From positions 2,046,001 through 2,110,000 of the forward strand of contig JAUFOQ010000006.1 of the NCBI GenBank assembly GCA_040285855.1: a DNA stretch of 64,000 nucleotides, read 5' to 3'. The position numbers and the translations under genes are program-made. This stretch comes from Eukaryota sp. GEM-RC1. Taxonomy: Eukaryota. Below are positions 36,242 through 47,826 of the stretch, piece by piece (within the stretch, counting starts at the first letter, position 1; each line of letters begins with the position of its first letter). Under the pieces are notes generated by a model. It ran no database searches and was not told where the DNA came from. It worked only from the letters and a program-made list of their open reading frames with translations.

Positions 36242-36751
36242 ATGCAAACTATTCGTGCAGATAAAGGTGGAGATGCTCTTGATAAGCTTTCTCAAGAACG
36301 AGGTGATCCTTTTGTCGATGGAGTAGTCAATGATGCTAGTGTGGAAGAAGCGTGGGTTGAACAGGCTGTCAAACATGCCCAAACCTTTTCTCGTTTGTTA
36401 AGATGCTTTCCAGATAAGAACAAGTTAAAACTTACTCGCATTGACGATGAAATATATGCTTCTTTTCGACAACAATTCCCAACACTTAATGTTGCTGTTA
36501 TAACAGATGAAGTCTTGAAGAATGAAAAGGCAAAACCAGTATGGCGTGAATGGATGATGCAATACGAGAAGCTCCTTGCGGACAATTACCATTTCCTTAC
36601 ATTGATTCGATATGATTCATCTAAGGATTATTCGGAAGCCAACAGTACTGTTGTTCCTCGAGTCCAGTTCATTGCAATTGAGCTTGCAAGGTGTCGGGAG
36701 GGTCACAATGATCATATTCAATTTGATGACGATTTTTTGACCAATAATTAA
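36242..36751 (+). CDS. PBDC1: PBDC1/DUF757 family protein
   Basis: LKLTRIDDEIY..FR..FP, K..WR, TLIR and VPRVQFIAIELARCREG motifs. Confidence 0.9.
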   Translation: MQTIRADKGGDALDKLSQERGDPFVDGVVNDASVEEAWVEQAVKHAQTFSRLLRCFPDKNKLKLTRIDDEIYASFRQQFPTLNVAVITDEVLKNEKAKPVWREWMMQYEKLLADNYHFLTLIRYDSSKDYSEANSTVVPRVQFIAIELARCREGHNDHIQFDDDFLTNN

Positions 36752-37089
36752 GGTTTTATTTGAAGGATTAGTGTGTTTTTTTCGTTTTATTGTCCCGTTT
36801 CAGTTTTTATTTTAGTACCTTTTCTGTATCTACCAGTGAGGATTATTTACTGATTCAGAATCCAATTGAACAATGAATTCGAATAAATTTCTTATCTTCT
36901 CTTTATGCCAGACAATACAGGCTTAGAGAGAACAGAACTTGAAGCCCAAGATAGGAGAAGAATGAATGTAAGCACATACACATGAGTGTAAGAAATTCTT
37001 AGACATATACTATTAGACCAACCCTACGAAAGTCCTACAAAATTATATCTTTTATTGACCCACTTCTAAAGTTCTTATAGATACACGTA

Positions 37090-37480
37090 ATTTTTGTACA
37101 AATAATTGTAAGGAAAGACAGAATCAATTTTTGGTAAACCAAGTGTATATGTTATTGTCCCTTCTTCAGACCACTTGTATGTCTGTCGATGTATGCAACA
37201 AGACATCTTTAAAGAATGCTGTTTCTGAAACTTCCCTATCAGATGTTTCTGAACAAGCCAAACATGATAAGTACAAAAAACCATTGATGGCTTTGATCAT
37301 CAATTGTAGTTGAATTGTCTTGTTCTAACTGTTTTTAAAACAATTCCCGTAATCGTCTCCAAAGCTTTACTAGCAGTGAGTTCCATTTATGAGGATAAAG
37401 CTGCTTTAAGATTTGATAGTGATGTATGTTGTTTCAATGATATCAAATTTTAGTACAGTGGTATTTTATAACATATAAAA
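37090..37480 (+). mobile_element. RLE retrotransposon 3'-end fragment
   Basis: SVDVCNK..SEQAKHDKYKKPL and VFKTIP..SKAL resemble the C-termini of the other copies. Confidence 0.6.
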
Positions 37481-37608
37481 TTGCAAGAAATGTGTTCTTC
37501 TGTACTAACTGGTACATCTATCTAAAAGAAACCAATCCATCTATTTGAAGGTAACTGTGTATGTGTGTTAATCATGATTTATACTGTTGATGAACCTAGA
37601 CACCTCTA

Positions 37609-37691
37609 CACCGGCGACAATAATTAGTCTCACTGAGACTAAATGCGAAGTGAGACTAAATGTCAACTGAGACTAATTATTGTCGCCGGTG
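37609..37691. mobile_element. 83-bp TA-flanked MITE (Tc1/mariner-type)
   Basis: Perfect TIRs CACCGGCGACAATAATTAGTCTCA; TA on both sides; TGAGACTAA repeated three times. Confidence 0.8.
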
Positions 37692-37773
37692 TAGAATCGT
37701 ATTCATTGAATGTTAATTTTCTCTCTTGAACTAACAGTGATCTAATTTTTGACTTTTCAAGCGCTATTAGTTG

Positions 37774-38434
37774 ATGTCAGACAATACTCAAATACCTTCT
37801 GAGCTTCGTCAAAGGGGCCTTGACATGCTTTTCAAACGATTTCTTGAAGCTGTTCCCTCAATGCCAAAGGATGAAGTTCTCGCTTTGTGTCGACAACATG
37901 AAAAGGAAGCTTTCGCAAAGAGTACAGATAGTCACCAATATGTCTCAAACCTGGAGTTAGCTTTCGAAACAGCAACCTATCCCCGTAAATCAATTGAGTT
38001 TAGAACCGAGACCACAGCCTTCTACAAGAGTCATGTCCCACGACTCTACTATTTTATACTTGAAAGGCAGCATCGGGACCAATCATTCCTTTCAAGTGCA
38101 CAAACAGTGTTAGATGTACTGCAACAAAACGATGTTCTTTCTGCTGACGATTATCCAGTTGTCATTAAGTTTATGTCGCAATTCGAACCAATAGTTTCGG
38201 GAGACCCTCCCCTAAAGAAACTTTCTTACAGTGTATCCTATTTACGGGATGTTATGGACAAGGATATTCTGTTATCTAGATCTGCTGCTGCTCTGGAGAA
38301 ATTTTCTGCTTCGGAATCAATGGTGGAAAATCTGTTTTCAGGTAATGTTGTTGGACCCTGAATCGTATTCTGTTGATTTAATCAGTGTTCTGAAAATGTC
38401 TACGGAGTCGGAATCAGTGGATCTACTTGTCTAA
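37774..38434 (+). CDS. Hypothetical protein with KIX-like N-terminus (Med15-like?)
   Basis: LCRQHEKEAFAKSTDSHQY resembles a KIX helix pattern. The 3' end is 38361, or 38434 if a T-run indel is present. Confidence 0.45.
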
Positions 38435-38685
38435 GTTGTGCGTGTAATTCAAATAATTCAGATGAGTTGTGTCGTACATGTAGATTCTTGTTGCTTTTTT
38501 CTCTGTTTCTTTTAGAAACTGACTGTCGATTATGAGTCCATGTGTTAAGCTTATTCTAATCAATTTTGGAAACAATCAATTTTCTGTAGCAATTTGGTTT
38601 TCAACAATTAAATGGTTTTCTGTATGTCTATTTTATGGACTTTGAATTTCATTTTTGGAATAATACTACAGTACATTGTACCTAC

Positions 38686-39303
38686 CATAGTACGGAAAAC
38701 ACCGGGCGTGTTTGAACACGGTGTTGAGTGTGAACGTGTTCTGAACGTGTTGTATTTTTTGAAGGGTCAGTTGCGGTGTTTTTAGTTGTTGATTGTTTCC
38801 AAGCTGTCGTATTAAAATAGTTTCAAATATATCATTCTTTACTGAATAAAAGGTGGTGAGAACAAATACGAGCTCTTTGGATCTGGAATTGATAGTCACT
38901 GATTGAACGTGAATATAAGTTATCCACTACAGTAGTTAGCGTTTCAAGAAATTTGTACGATGAAACGGGCTTCAATTTACAGCACCACTGAAGCTGATTT
39001 TTTGACTTGGAAGCAAGGTGGGTACTCTTGAACTGTGTCTTATACATAAATATCTTTTCTTTATACTCACAATGTATCTGAAATATTCGTGACTAGTAAT
39101 GATACGATTGTAAAGGTTGTGTCACTACTGCACATAGAAGGGATGTATTCGATCAATGAAGGTCAAACACTTTTGAAGAGAGGATTGGATGAAAAGTTTG
39201 GGTGGTTGGGTGGCGGTGTTTTAGCGGTGTTCAACACGGTGTTGAGTGTGAACGTGTTCTGAACGTGTTGTAACTGGAAGAACACGTGTTTTTCCGAACT
39301 ATG
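38686..39303. mobile_element. hAT-type MITE (family Y)
   Basis: TIRs CATAGTACGGAAAA / TTTTCCGAACTATG; perfect TSD GTACCTAC; a related inverted copy lies at 53.3-54.4 kb. Confidence 0.88.
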
Positions 39304-39490
39304 GTACCTACAGTATACGTGTAGTTAAACATTTCTTATTTATAGAACAAAATCACTGACATAAGAACAAAACTACAGTAGCACTCAATATCATCAAAGC
39401 ATGAACATGATTGCATTAAAACTCTGTCAACTCGAAAAATTCCAACTGGAAATATCTTCTTCCTCCAACAATAAAAGCTCTTAGCTCAGA

Positions 39491-40402
39491 ATGTCTCAGA
39501 ATCTTCCCTTAACAGCTGAGTTAAACTATCGTAATGATCTGCCTGAAGTCCCTTCTGTTCCTGCATTACTCAAATATCCTTTCAATATTGACGCTCTTGT
39601 CAAAGAAAGACCTCCGGATATCCAAGAGGCAAGCTCTTTTTCTCTCACTCTCCAACCTGCTGACGGAATCCTAATCCCTGCGTCTCAGTTTCTTTTAATG
39701 AACACTCTACGTACTCCTTCTGAACCCATACAACGAACTGCAGCTGATGACACTCTACTAGATCCCTCATCTGATGCTTTTGCTCCTCAAACCAAACAAT
39801 CTTCACAGAACCCTGTTTACAAGGGTTATCTCAGACGTATGGATTTCACACGTACTTCGAGGTCAGAAGCTAACAGGAGAATCAAGAGAGAACCAGCGAC
39901 CACTAGTCGTGCTCCTGAAACTGTTGCCGAACAATTCGAAGCAGCTGCTTCTTTCCGATCAGTTCCCCTCTCACAACTTCGACATCCTAAATCTGCGGAT
40001 GTCAAAGCTGTAGCTAGTAGCGAGCTACTTCCAGCTTCCGCCATTAGTGATGCTGACGTTCTCTCCAACTTAACTCATGTTCTTTCTGAAGAGTCGTTCA
40101 CTTCTTCTGGGGCTGTTCTACGGCAGTTAAACAGTGAAACTCAATCTAATGGTGAAACTAAGAAACGGAAGGTTATGGGAGTTTTCCAACCAGTTGAAGA
40201 AGGCAGAACCCCTGAGTTTAAGTGTTCTCATACTCTTGGTTATTCTACAATGGCCAAAGACGAACTGTTGTTGGTTTCTCTACCCACTAACCAACACATC
40301 ATTGCTCCTTTGGATGGGAGACAAATACAGCTCATGAAGAAGTCTCGCCTGCCAGATCCTAATAGTATATCTAATCTAAAAATAGAGTACAAGGATAGTT
40401 AA
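39491..40402 (+). CDS. PAF1: RNA polymerase II-associated factor Paf1 (divergent, short)
   Basis: LNYRNDLP..P, YLRRMDF and HP...V..V....LLP match the conserved Paf1 blocks. Confidence 0.75.
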   Translation: MSQNLPLTAELNYRNDLPEVPSVPALLKYPFNIDALVKERPPDIQEASSFSLTLQPADGILIPASQFLLMNTLRTPSEPIQRTAADDTLLDPSSDAFAPQTKQSSQNPVYKGYLRRMDFTRTSRSEANRRIKREPATTSRAPETVAEQFEAAASFRSVPLSQLRHPKSADVKAVASSELLPASAISDADVLSNLTHVLSEESFTSSGAVLRQLNSETQSNGETKKRKVMGVFQPVEEGRTPEFKCSHTLGYSTMAKDELLLVSLPTNQHIIAPLDGRQIQLMKKSRLPDPNSISNLKIEYKDS

Positions 40403-40442
40403 ATCAATGGTTATTCAACGGAAAATGTTTATTAGTTAGTAA

Positions 40443-41259
40443 TTATTTTAAAAGAAATGGAGCTTTTTTGTACTTTGAATAAGATGAAAATACTTTCGAA
40501 ACTGCTGAGACATGCAATTGAAATAAACCGTACCATTGGCTGATAGTTTTTGTATCACCAATATTAGATTGAGATGAAGCTGAAGAAATAAGCTCTGGAA
40601 GAATTGTTTTCGGAATGTCCTCAGCAGTTTGCACAGATCTTAGGTGGATGGTGTGGTTTTTAACTAAGGGATCGTCAGTAGGAAAGTACAGAGAGGAGAG
40701 TGAAGAACATGGAAAAGGATCCGACGATACCACAATGACAAAGACAGTGAGGGACAGGGGGAAGCGTCGATCAGGAGAAACACCATCGTTGAATAGACAA
40801 AGAGCGGCAAAGAACTCGTGGACAAAGGTCTCAAGTTCTGATGGGGTGAGAACGACAACGACGACCGAGCTAACTGACAGAGCAACAAGGAGGGGGGAAG
40901 AGAAGTTGGTCAATCACAAAAGGAAGATGTAGAGAAAGTACTGGAGACATTGAGGACCTGAAGATACAGCATGAGTCTGGAGGGGGAGAGACAGAGTCAA
41001 TTGAAAGGTGGTTATAGAGAGAAGACAGATCAACAATGCTGGAGAGGAAGGAGACAGGTCCAATGTACTGAGTGTTGTGTCCTCCGATAGTCGCAGGAAG
41101 ATGACGGACATCTAGTTGAAAACATGAGTTGAAGAAATCTGGAGGAGGACACAGAGCTGCTAGTAACTGCTTGGTGTTAGAAGTAGACTTCTTGGCAATC
41201 TTAATGGTCGGTATTTCATGCACCGGTTTTTTCTTGCATCTGTTCTTGCGTCTGCTCAT
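40443..41259 (-). CDS. Hypothetical protein (frameshifted)
   Basis: Overlapping ORFs 40870-41259 and 40443-40913 in a gene-dense context. Confidence 0.4.
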
Positions 41260-41276
41260 AGATATCTCTACGATTC

Positions 41277-41570
41277 ATGAAACAGCATAAACAATGGAAA
41301 GAGGAGAATTCTTTTGAACATTTGTTCATGGACCTATCCAAATTCGCTGAATCTCAAGGTTTCTCTCTGTCTGATGATGCTTTGATGTTATTGGAGCAGT
41401 CATTTGACCATTTTTGCAAGATGTTCTCAGATGATCTTGTTGCATTTGCTCGACATGCAAAGAGGAAAACACTTTCACCTCAGGATGTTCTTCTTTTCTG
41501 TCGCAAAAATCCTGCATTGTTGGAAAAACTACATCAACTGATACAATCTTCTAAAGAACCTTCAAAGTAA
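41277..41570 (+). CDS. CENPS: CENP-S/MHF1 histone-fold protein
   Basis: DLVAFARHAKRKTL..QDVLLFCRKNPAL motif. Confidence 0.88.
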   Translation: MKQHKQWKEENSFEHLFMDLSKFAESQGFSLSDDALMLLEQSFDHFCKMFSDDLVAFARHAKRKTLSPQDVLLFCRKNPALLEKLHQLIQSSKEPSK

Positions 41571-41868
41571 ATCAGCCTCTGATGTTGTTTGGAATGTTGA
41601 TAGTAGTTGATCCACTGGTTCCATCAGCTGACTGTATTTAGTCGGTGTCCAATGAAGATTTAACTTGACACTAACAGTACTTCTGTTCTAATTTGCAGTT
41701 CAAGCCTGGAGATTCATTTGAGATGAATATGGACAATATCTACTCAGAATTTAATCAAAAAACAATAGTACTACTAGTAGTACAGTACACATTTTTCTAG
41801 AGATAACCTACTAGTAACGTCTTGTTACACAATAATATATAATATATTTATAAAACTAAAATCAGAAA

Positions 41869-44618
41869 CTAAAGTTTCAAGGGAGCAACCTCAACCATAT
41901 CAATTGCGTTCTCTGAACAAACTCCAAGGGAACACAAAGCACATCCAATACACTTATCTTCATCAACAACATAGACCGTACCCTTCTTTTGGATTGCAAT
42001 TCCACCATTAGAGTCACAAGATGAAGAGCAACTTCCACAACCAATACACAAATCAGGGTTGATCTTAGCCTTTGAGAACCATTGCTCAGGACCTTCTAAA
42101 TCATCACGACCTACAATAGATTCCATAACCTTGGAAACTCTATCAGCAACTGAAGGTACAGGTGCATCAGTAACAGCAGATAGCTCATTCCAATTCTTAG
42201 TACAGTGAGGTAGACGAGATTGTTCGAAACAAGAGTCCAACCAACCACGAAGACGTGGATTAGAGTGGGCGAACAAAAGAACTGAAGCCCAGCAATGAAC
42301 TCACGCACAATAGAATAATCATAGAGTTGAACAGCAGAACATACTTGAACAACATTAGCTCCAGCATGAATAAGCTGTAGAGCTGTCCAAGCACTTTCAA
42401 CTCCACCAACTCCTAGAACAGTAAGCTCCTCCTTAGATAGACGACCTCTAATTTTGACTAAGCCTGCAAGAACCAATGGTCTAATAGTTGTTCCAGAGAT
42501 ACCATAAGAGTCTAACATTTTCCTACTGACTCCTACCTGAGGCCAAGGGAGTCCGTTGGGCATGATAGAAGCTAGTCCACTGAAGGTATTGGAGAAGGTA
42601 ACACCACCAAGTTTACCTTCAACAATACCCATCTTTGCAGCATAAGCAAACTCATCAAGTTCACCTACATTAGGTGTGAGTTTAGTGTAGACAGGGATTG
42701 ATACAACAGCGGAAACATATTGAGTGATCCTCTTAACAGCGTCAGGATCCTTGCCTAGAGCCATAGCCATCACAGTGGCATCATCAGCAAAAGAGCTACC
42801 AGCAGAACACTTATTAGGACAACTTAGATTGAGTTCCAGAGCATCAGCTCCAGCCTTTTCAAAGATGATGGCCAGTTCTTCCCAAGCTTTCTGATCATCA
42901 GGGCACATGATAGAAGCAATGAGTACCTTGTTAGGATATTCAGCCTTTAACTTCCTCACCCAGTCAACCCACTGCTCAACGGTGTGATCCGTGATCATGC
43001 AGAGATTAGACCAACCAGTGTTTCTGTTGTGATAGTCAAGCTTATTGATACGAACAGCATTCTCAACGTGAATCATTGAGTTCAAAGTGATTGTCTTGGT
43101 AACAGCACCACCAAAACCAGCATCAAACGAGGCCTTAATATGGTCATAGGTTAAAGAGATTGGAGCACTGGAGATCAAGAATGGGTTCGGGTACTTCAGA
43201 CCATCAACAGTAGTGGAGAGGTCAACAGCTTCAACAGGGGTCCACATAGAGGGGAATGCTTCAAGAGGTTGTCCAGTAAGGAATGAGTAGATGGAGGCAG
43301 CGGCAGTTCGGGCATCATTGACAGCCTCAACAACACTCCAAGAACCAAAGGCATCACCACCAACAAAGACATTAGACTCACCAACACGACCAGTAGAACG
43401 ATCAACGTTGTCAAATGATTGGTGAGGAGAAGTTCCAAAAGCAACAATGACGATATCAGCAGATACGTTGATGACGTCATCAGTTTTGATGTATTTTCCC
43501 TTGCTCTTCATCATTCTTTCACACACAACATTTAAGGAGTTATCCTGACGAGTTTCAATGTTGACGGGGTTAGCACATGGCATGAACTCAACACCTTCTC
43601 TTAGGGAACTTGTAACACCATCCCAACTAGCACGAATTTCATTGAATTCCTTTCTAAAGGTCATGGTGACGTGCTCAGCACCACAGCGATAGGCAACTTC
43701 AGCACAATCAATAGCAGAGTTTCCACTACCGAGAACCACAACTCTTTTGCCAGTGAGATCAGGGACTTCAGTTCCCTTACGAAGAGCAGTGTTGACAGAT
43801 GACAAAAAGGCGGACGAGGTTTGTACATGGTCAGACTTGACGAGGTTGAACCTGGGAAGGATATCAGTGGAGGCACCAATACCCATGAACACGGCATCAA
43901 AGTCAGTGAGATCAGCCTGAGAGACCTCCTTGTTGAAGATGAAGTGAACGCCAAGGTCTTTTACTAAGCGAACTTCTTGCTCAATGACATTTCTTGGTAA
44001 CCGGTGAGGAGGAATTTGAGTAGCAAGTAGACCACCAGCAAAGGAATTCTTCTCAAACACAGTAACTTGGAAGCCAATACGAGCCAGAAACGAGGCGGCA
44101 CTGAGACCAGCGGGACCAGAACCTACGACGGCCACACGTTCAGCACGGGTTTCAAACGAGGGGTGGGGAAGTTGAGGAATTTTCAGATCAACGAACTGAT
44201 GGCATACGTAACGCTGGATCTCCTTGATGTTGATAGAACCACGGTTGGTTTTGTTTAGGACACATGTTGATTGACACTGGCCCTCGTTACACTCACAAAG
44301 ATAGGAGGTGGATAGTGCAAGTGGGTTGGCAGAGAAAGCAACATGACCTCCATAGTAAGGATTACGAGCAGCGGCAGCCTTGATCATAGATCGAACATTA
44401 ACAGCAGCTGGACACCCTTTTTGGCATGCAGGTTCCTTGCAATAGAGGCATCTAGTGGCTTCATTGATTATGTCAGTTTCTGACCATATTTTTGAAGGTG
44501 CAAAGTTCTCAGAAAGTTCAGTACGTTGGGAAACGTGATCAGAGCGGGAACATTCACGAACACAACGGACACAGTCAGTTGCACTGATTGGGATAGTTTC
44601 AATGTCAAGGTTTAACAT
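41869..44618 (-). CDS. DPYD: Dihydropyrimidine dehydrogenase (fused PreT-PreA architecture)
   Basis: EATRCLYCKEPACQKGCP Fe-S motif; GSGPAG and GSGNSAIDC dinucleotide motifs; FMN barrel with ELNLSCP; C-terminal 2x[4Fe-4S]. One T is missing near 42275. Confidence 0.93.
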
Positions 44619-44909
44619 GGGAAAAGTGAAACAATAGGTTCTATACAGCAGAAAATCAATTTTTTTTTGACCTACAACAAAGAAATGTCAAGACAATCTG
44701 ATAAGCAGCAACTCAGACATGAACCTTCTGTTGACCAACAGATCCGGTGCATTGGCTAGCTAAAGGGTTACTTCTGCTGTATAACTCATTCTTGCCTCAA
44801 TAACTCATTGCTCCACGAGTTCATTACATGTCCAATACCGATGTTCAACTAAACATCGTCTAACTGGATCAATGGCTTGAGTTGCCAGTGAGATTCAATT
44901 TCAAACAAC

Positions 44910-45991
44910 ATGTACCCTCTGTCTGTTGTCCTATACCGCTCCTTTGTTACCCTCATATTCACACCCGTCTTCTTTTTCTTGGTTTTTTTGCTTTGTGCAC
45001 TGGATCAAGACACTTTTGCAGAATGGTCCCCCAACATTTGTGGTTATGTCTGCGTTATGAGTGTTTTTGTATTTAACTTGTTGTTTGATCCCTCCATTCT
45101 CAACTGGTTTGCCCAAAAGAAGTTCTACCGAGCTCCTAAACGTTTCCTCCTCTGCTGCTCAGCCATTGTCTTTCTACTTGGATATATCCTTAATGGGGCC
45201 GAAACCTTGTTCCTTAAATTGTTCCTTCATCTTTCTTATCGCCCTCATCTCCATGTTACGTGGCATCAAGTGATTTGCTTTTTCCTATTTGGGTTCAACA
45301 CTGTTCTCTTCGGCAACCGTCTCTTGAATGCTAAACCTGGTAGACAAACGGTCTTTTCTCTCTACATCCTGACTCTAGTCATTTGGGCTTCCACCTCTTC
45401 CTATGATATCTCCTTCATTATTCCTCGTTCAGCTGCTTTAGTTCAGAGCTTCATTGTCGTCCAGTTAGCCGCTCTAACATCCTTTAGAGACCACTGTGAG
45501 AAGAAGTATGAGAGGGTTGGGTCTTTTAGCCGTTTTAGCTCCTTCTTTCCTTGGTACGTGTTGATTGGCTCAGCTGTATATTTTATCTTCACTTTCTTGT
45601 TCATCTATCTTGTTTTTCCATCAGAATCTTTTGACAGTGTTATAGGGCATGTTTGGGGAACTTTGACTTTTGCTGGATTCCTTTTATGATTGTTGGAGAT
45701 TACAATGGTAAAATCTCTTGGGTAGCTACTTATTCGGTTCTTCTATTGTTTTTGTATTTCATTTTTCATTTGGTTATTCAACCTTTTGTAATTTCTTCTT
45801 TTGGTCTTGATTTAGACTGGGTTAATTCTATTTCAAGCATGTTTAACTTTGGTGTAGGCACTTTTGTTTTCATTTATACATCTTTTGAGATGTTTTTGGA
45901 AATGAGCCAGGAAATGGATCAATCAGATGATAGTGGCGATTCGAATTCCAGCAGTGATTCTGAAGTTTCAATGTATGAACTGGAAGTGTAA
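44910..45991 (+). CDS. Hypothetical multi-pass membrane protein (T-run frameshift near 45684)
   Basis: Two hydrophobic ORFs overlap; acidic C-terminal tail. Confidence 0.55.
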
Positions 45992-46187
45992 CCGTTTCGC
46001 AATGAATAAATATTTGTATATTGTACTTTGTTAATTACAGAACATTCAAATGTAGGAATCATCTTCTGTCATTTAGAATTAATCTAAAATGTACACATCG
46101 GTTAACTGCAACGATAACAGAAATAAAATCATTACAAATACAAACAATTACATCAATCATCAAAAGAGTTCAAAAAAACTCAATCAC

Positions 46188-47202
46188 TTACACCACAATC
46201 TTCCACAAAGAGCTCAACTCCAAGCCATCGTCAATACCCTGTACGGCTAATCCCAGGTAATCACTGTAAACAGGTATACTAGGCTTAGAAGACTCTTCAT
46301 CAACAACGTAATTCTGCTCAACATCAGCCAGTAGATCCTCCTTATAACTCATGGTCTCACTACTTGACTTTTACCTTGAGTTGTTCTAAGGGAGGAGCTG
46401 TCTCTTCAGTGACAAAGACAACACCATAGACAGGCGAGTCTTTAAATAACTCGTAAATGTTATGAATAGCTTGTGATATACTAGTTAGTTTTTCTGGTGG
46501 GTCAACTCTAAAACCAAGAACAAAACCTCCAGCAGCAGGACAGGTTTGGATTACTAGAGCTGGACCAAACTTGGACTTGCGTACTTTGACATTTGAAATT
46601 CTAAGATAGGGAATTGAAACATTAAAATTCGGAGTTGAGTTTGCGTGCCAAACAATTCTGATATTTGTCATGTAAAGAGTACCAAGATTCCCTTGATCAG
46701 CTGCAAGATTCCAGACAGAACTCACCACTTCAAACAGTTGTTCGTCCGGGAGAATAGTCAGTCTCCCTTCAGAAAACAAACTACCACGAAGTTTGAGCTC
46801 TCTGTACAATCGTGACGTGTCATAGGCCCTGTGAACAGCTTGAACAGTACTGAAAAGACGAGGAGTCCCTGGAACGCAATGAGTGAAGATGAACTCATAG
46901 CGAGTACGAGAAAAGGAACAGTTGACAAAGAGGGCTTGAGTTTGACCACGAAGTTTAGAGAAAGTTGACTGGATTGAGAGGGTTCTGATTGAGTTCCAGC
47001 CAATGCTAAGGTTTTGTTTTCTTTTGTTAGTACTCATCCAGATTAGTCGTAGATTGGTTACAACGAAGACACCTTCATTACCATTGTTGCCTTTGGTGTC
47101 TTCAATGTGATCAAGATTGTCAATTTGGAACTCTCCTTTAGTAAGTTGTAGGTTGGATTTAGGGACATCAAAGCGTATTTCAAGATCTTCCCAAATGGAC
47201 AT
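46188..47202 (-). CDS. BBS5: Bardet-Biedl syndrome 5 protein
   Basis: WEDLEIRFD, IEDTKGNNG, VTNLRLIW, SRLYRELKLR and DQGNLG motifs; C-terminal PVYSDYLGLAV..LW in a shifted frame (indel or 34-nt intron near 46340-46375). Confidence 0.95.
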
Positions 47203-47289
47203 CAATTAGTATAAGATAGAAGAAACAGAACTAGAAGAAGAAACACTATTACACCTTGTAATTTACAAGTGTCACTCTCAAAAGTTCCA

Positions 47290-47757
47290 ATGCGTTTTCT
47301 TTGCTGTGCACCCAAAAAGCCAAAGACTACGGACCCCATTCATCTCGTAGAACTTCGACTTGTTCTTTCAAAACTTGCTGATCAATTCCCCCACTCTCAT
47401 TTGGCAGTATTCCATGATAACAAGTTTCTATGTCAATATGACTCAGATGAATGCCCGACATACTCAGCTACCACTATATCCTCCCTCAGTAGCGCTGCTA
47501 ACCAACTGGTTGGTGTCTTTCACCAAACAGGCCAGCCACATCTCCATTTATCCACTGAATCTGTTATTTTCTCTGTTCTTCCTTTAGTTTGTGACCACTT
47601 CCTAGTAATTCAACAACAGGGGTCCTTTTGGGATTCAATCACTGTGGATGGTCCAGAGATTGAGAATAGAGCGCTTCCTTTTGTCCAAGAAATCGACCTT
47701 TTACTTAACGATCATTTAAAAAGTGATTTAAAAAGTGATGAAGTGAAACCATCATGA
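47290..47757 (+). CDS. Hypothetical protein, possible roadblock/longin-like fold
   Basis: Compact ORF head-to-head with BBS5; fold call rests on the alpha/beta pattern only. Confidence 0.45.
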   Translation: MRFLCCAPKKPKTTDPIHLVELRLVLSKLADQFPHSHLAVFHDNKFLCQYDSDECPTYSATTISSLSSAANQLVGVFHQTGQPHLHLSTESVIFSVLPLVCDHFLVIQQQGSFWDSITVDGPEIENRALPFVQEIDLLLNDHLKSDLKSDEVKPS

Positions 47758-47826
47758 TTGTGATTTGGTTTGAGAAAGCGAAGTGATTAGAAGAGCTCAA
47801 TGTATATGTATTTAAAACTGTTATTT

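Noticed and set aside
32440..44710. GATA-type nitrogen-regulation sites upstream of SDR and DPYD (TCTGATAA)
   Set aside because: A short motif in AT-rich DNA, and absent from the hydA/MFS promoter.
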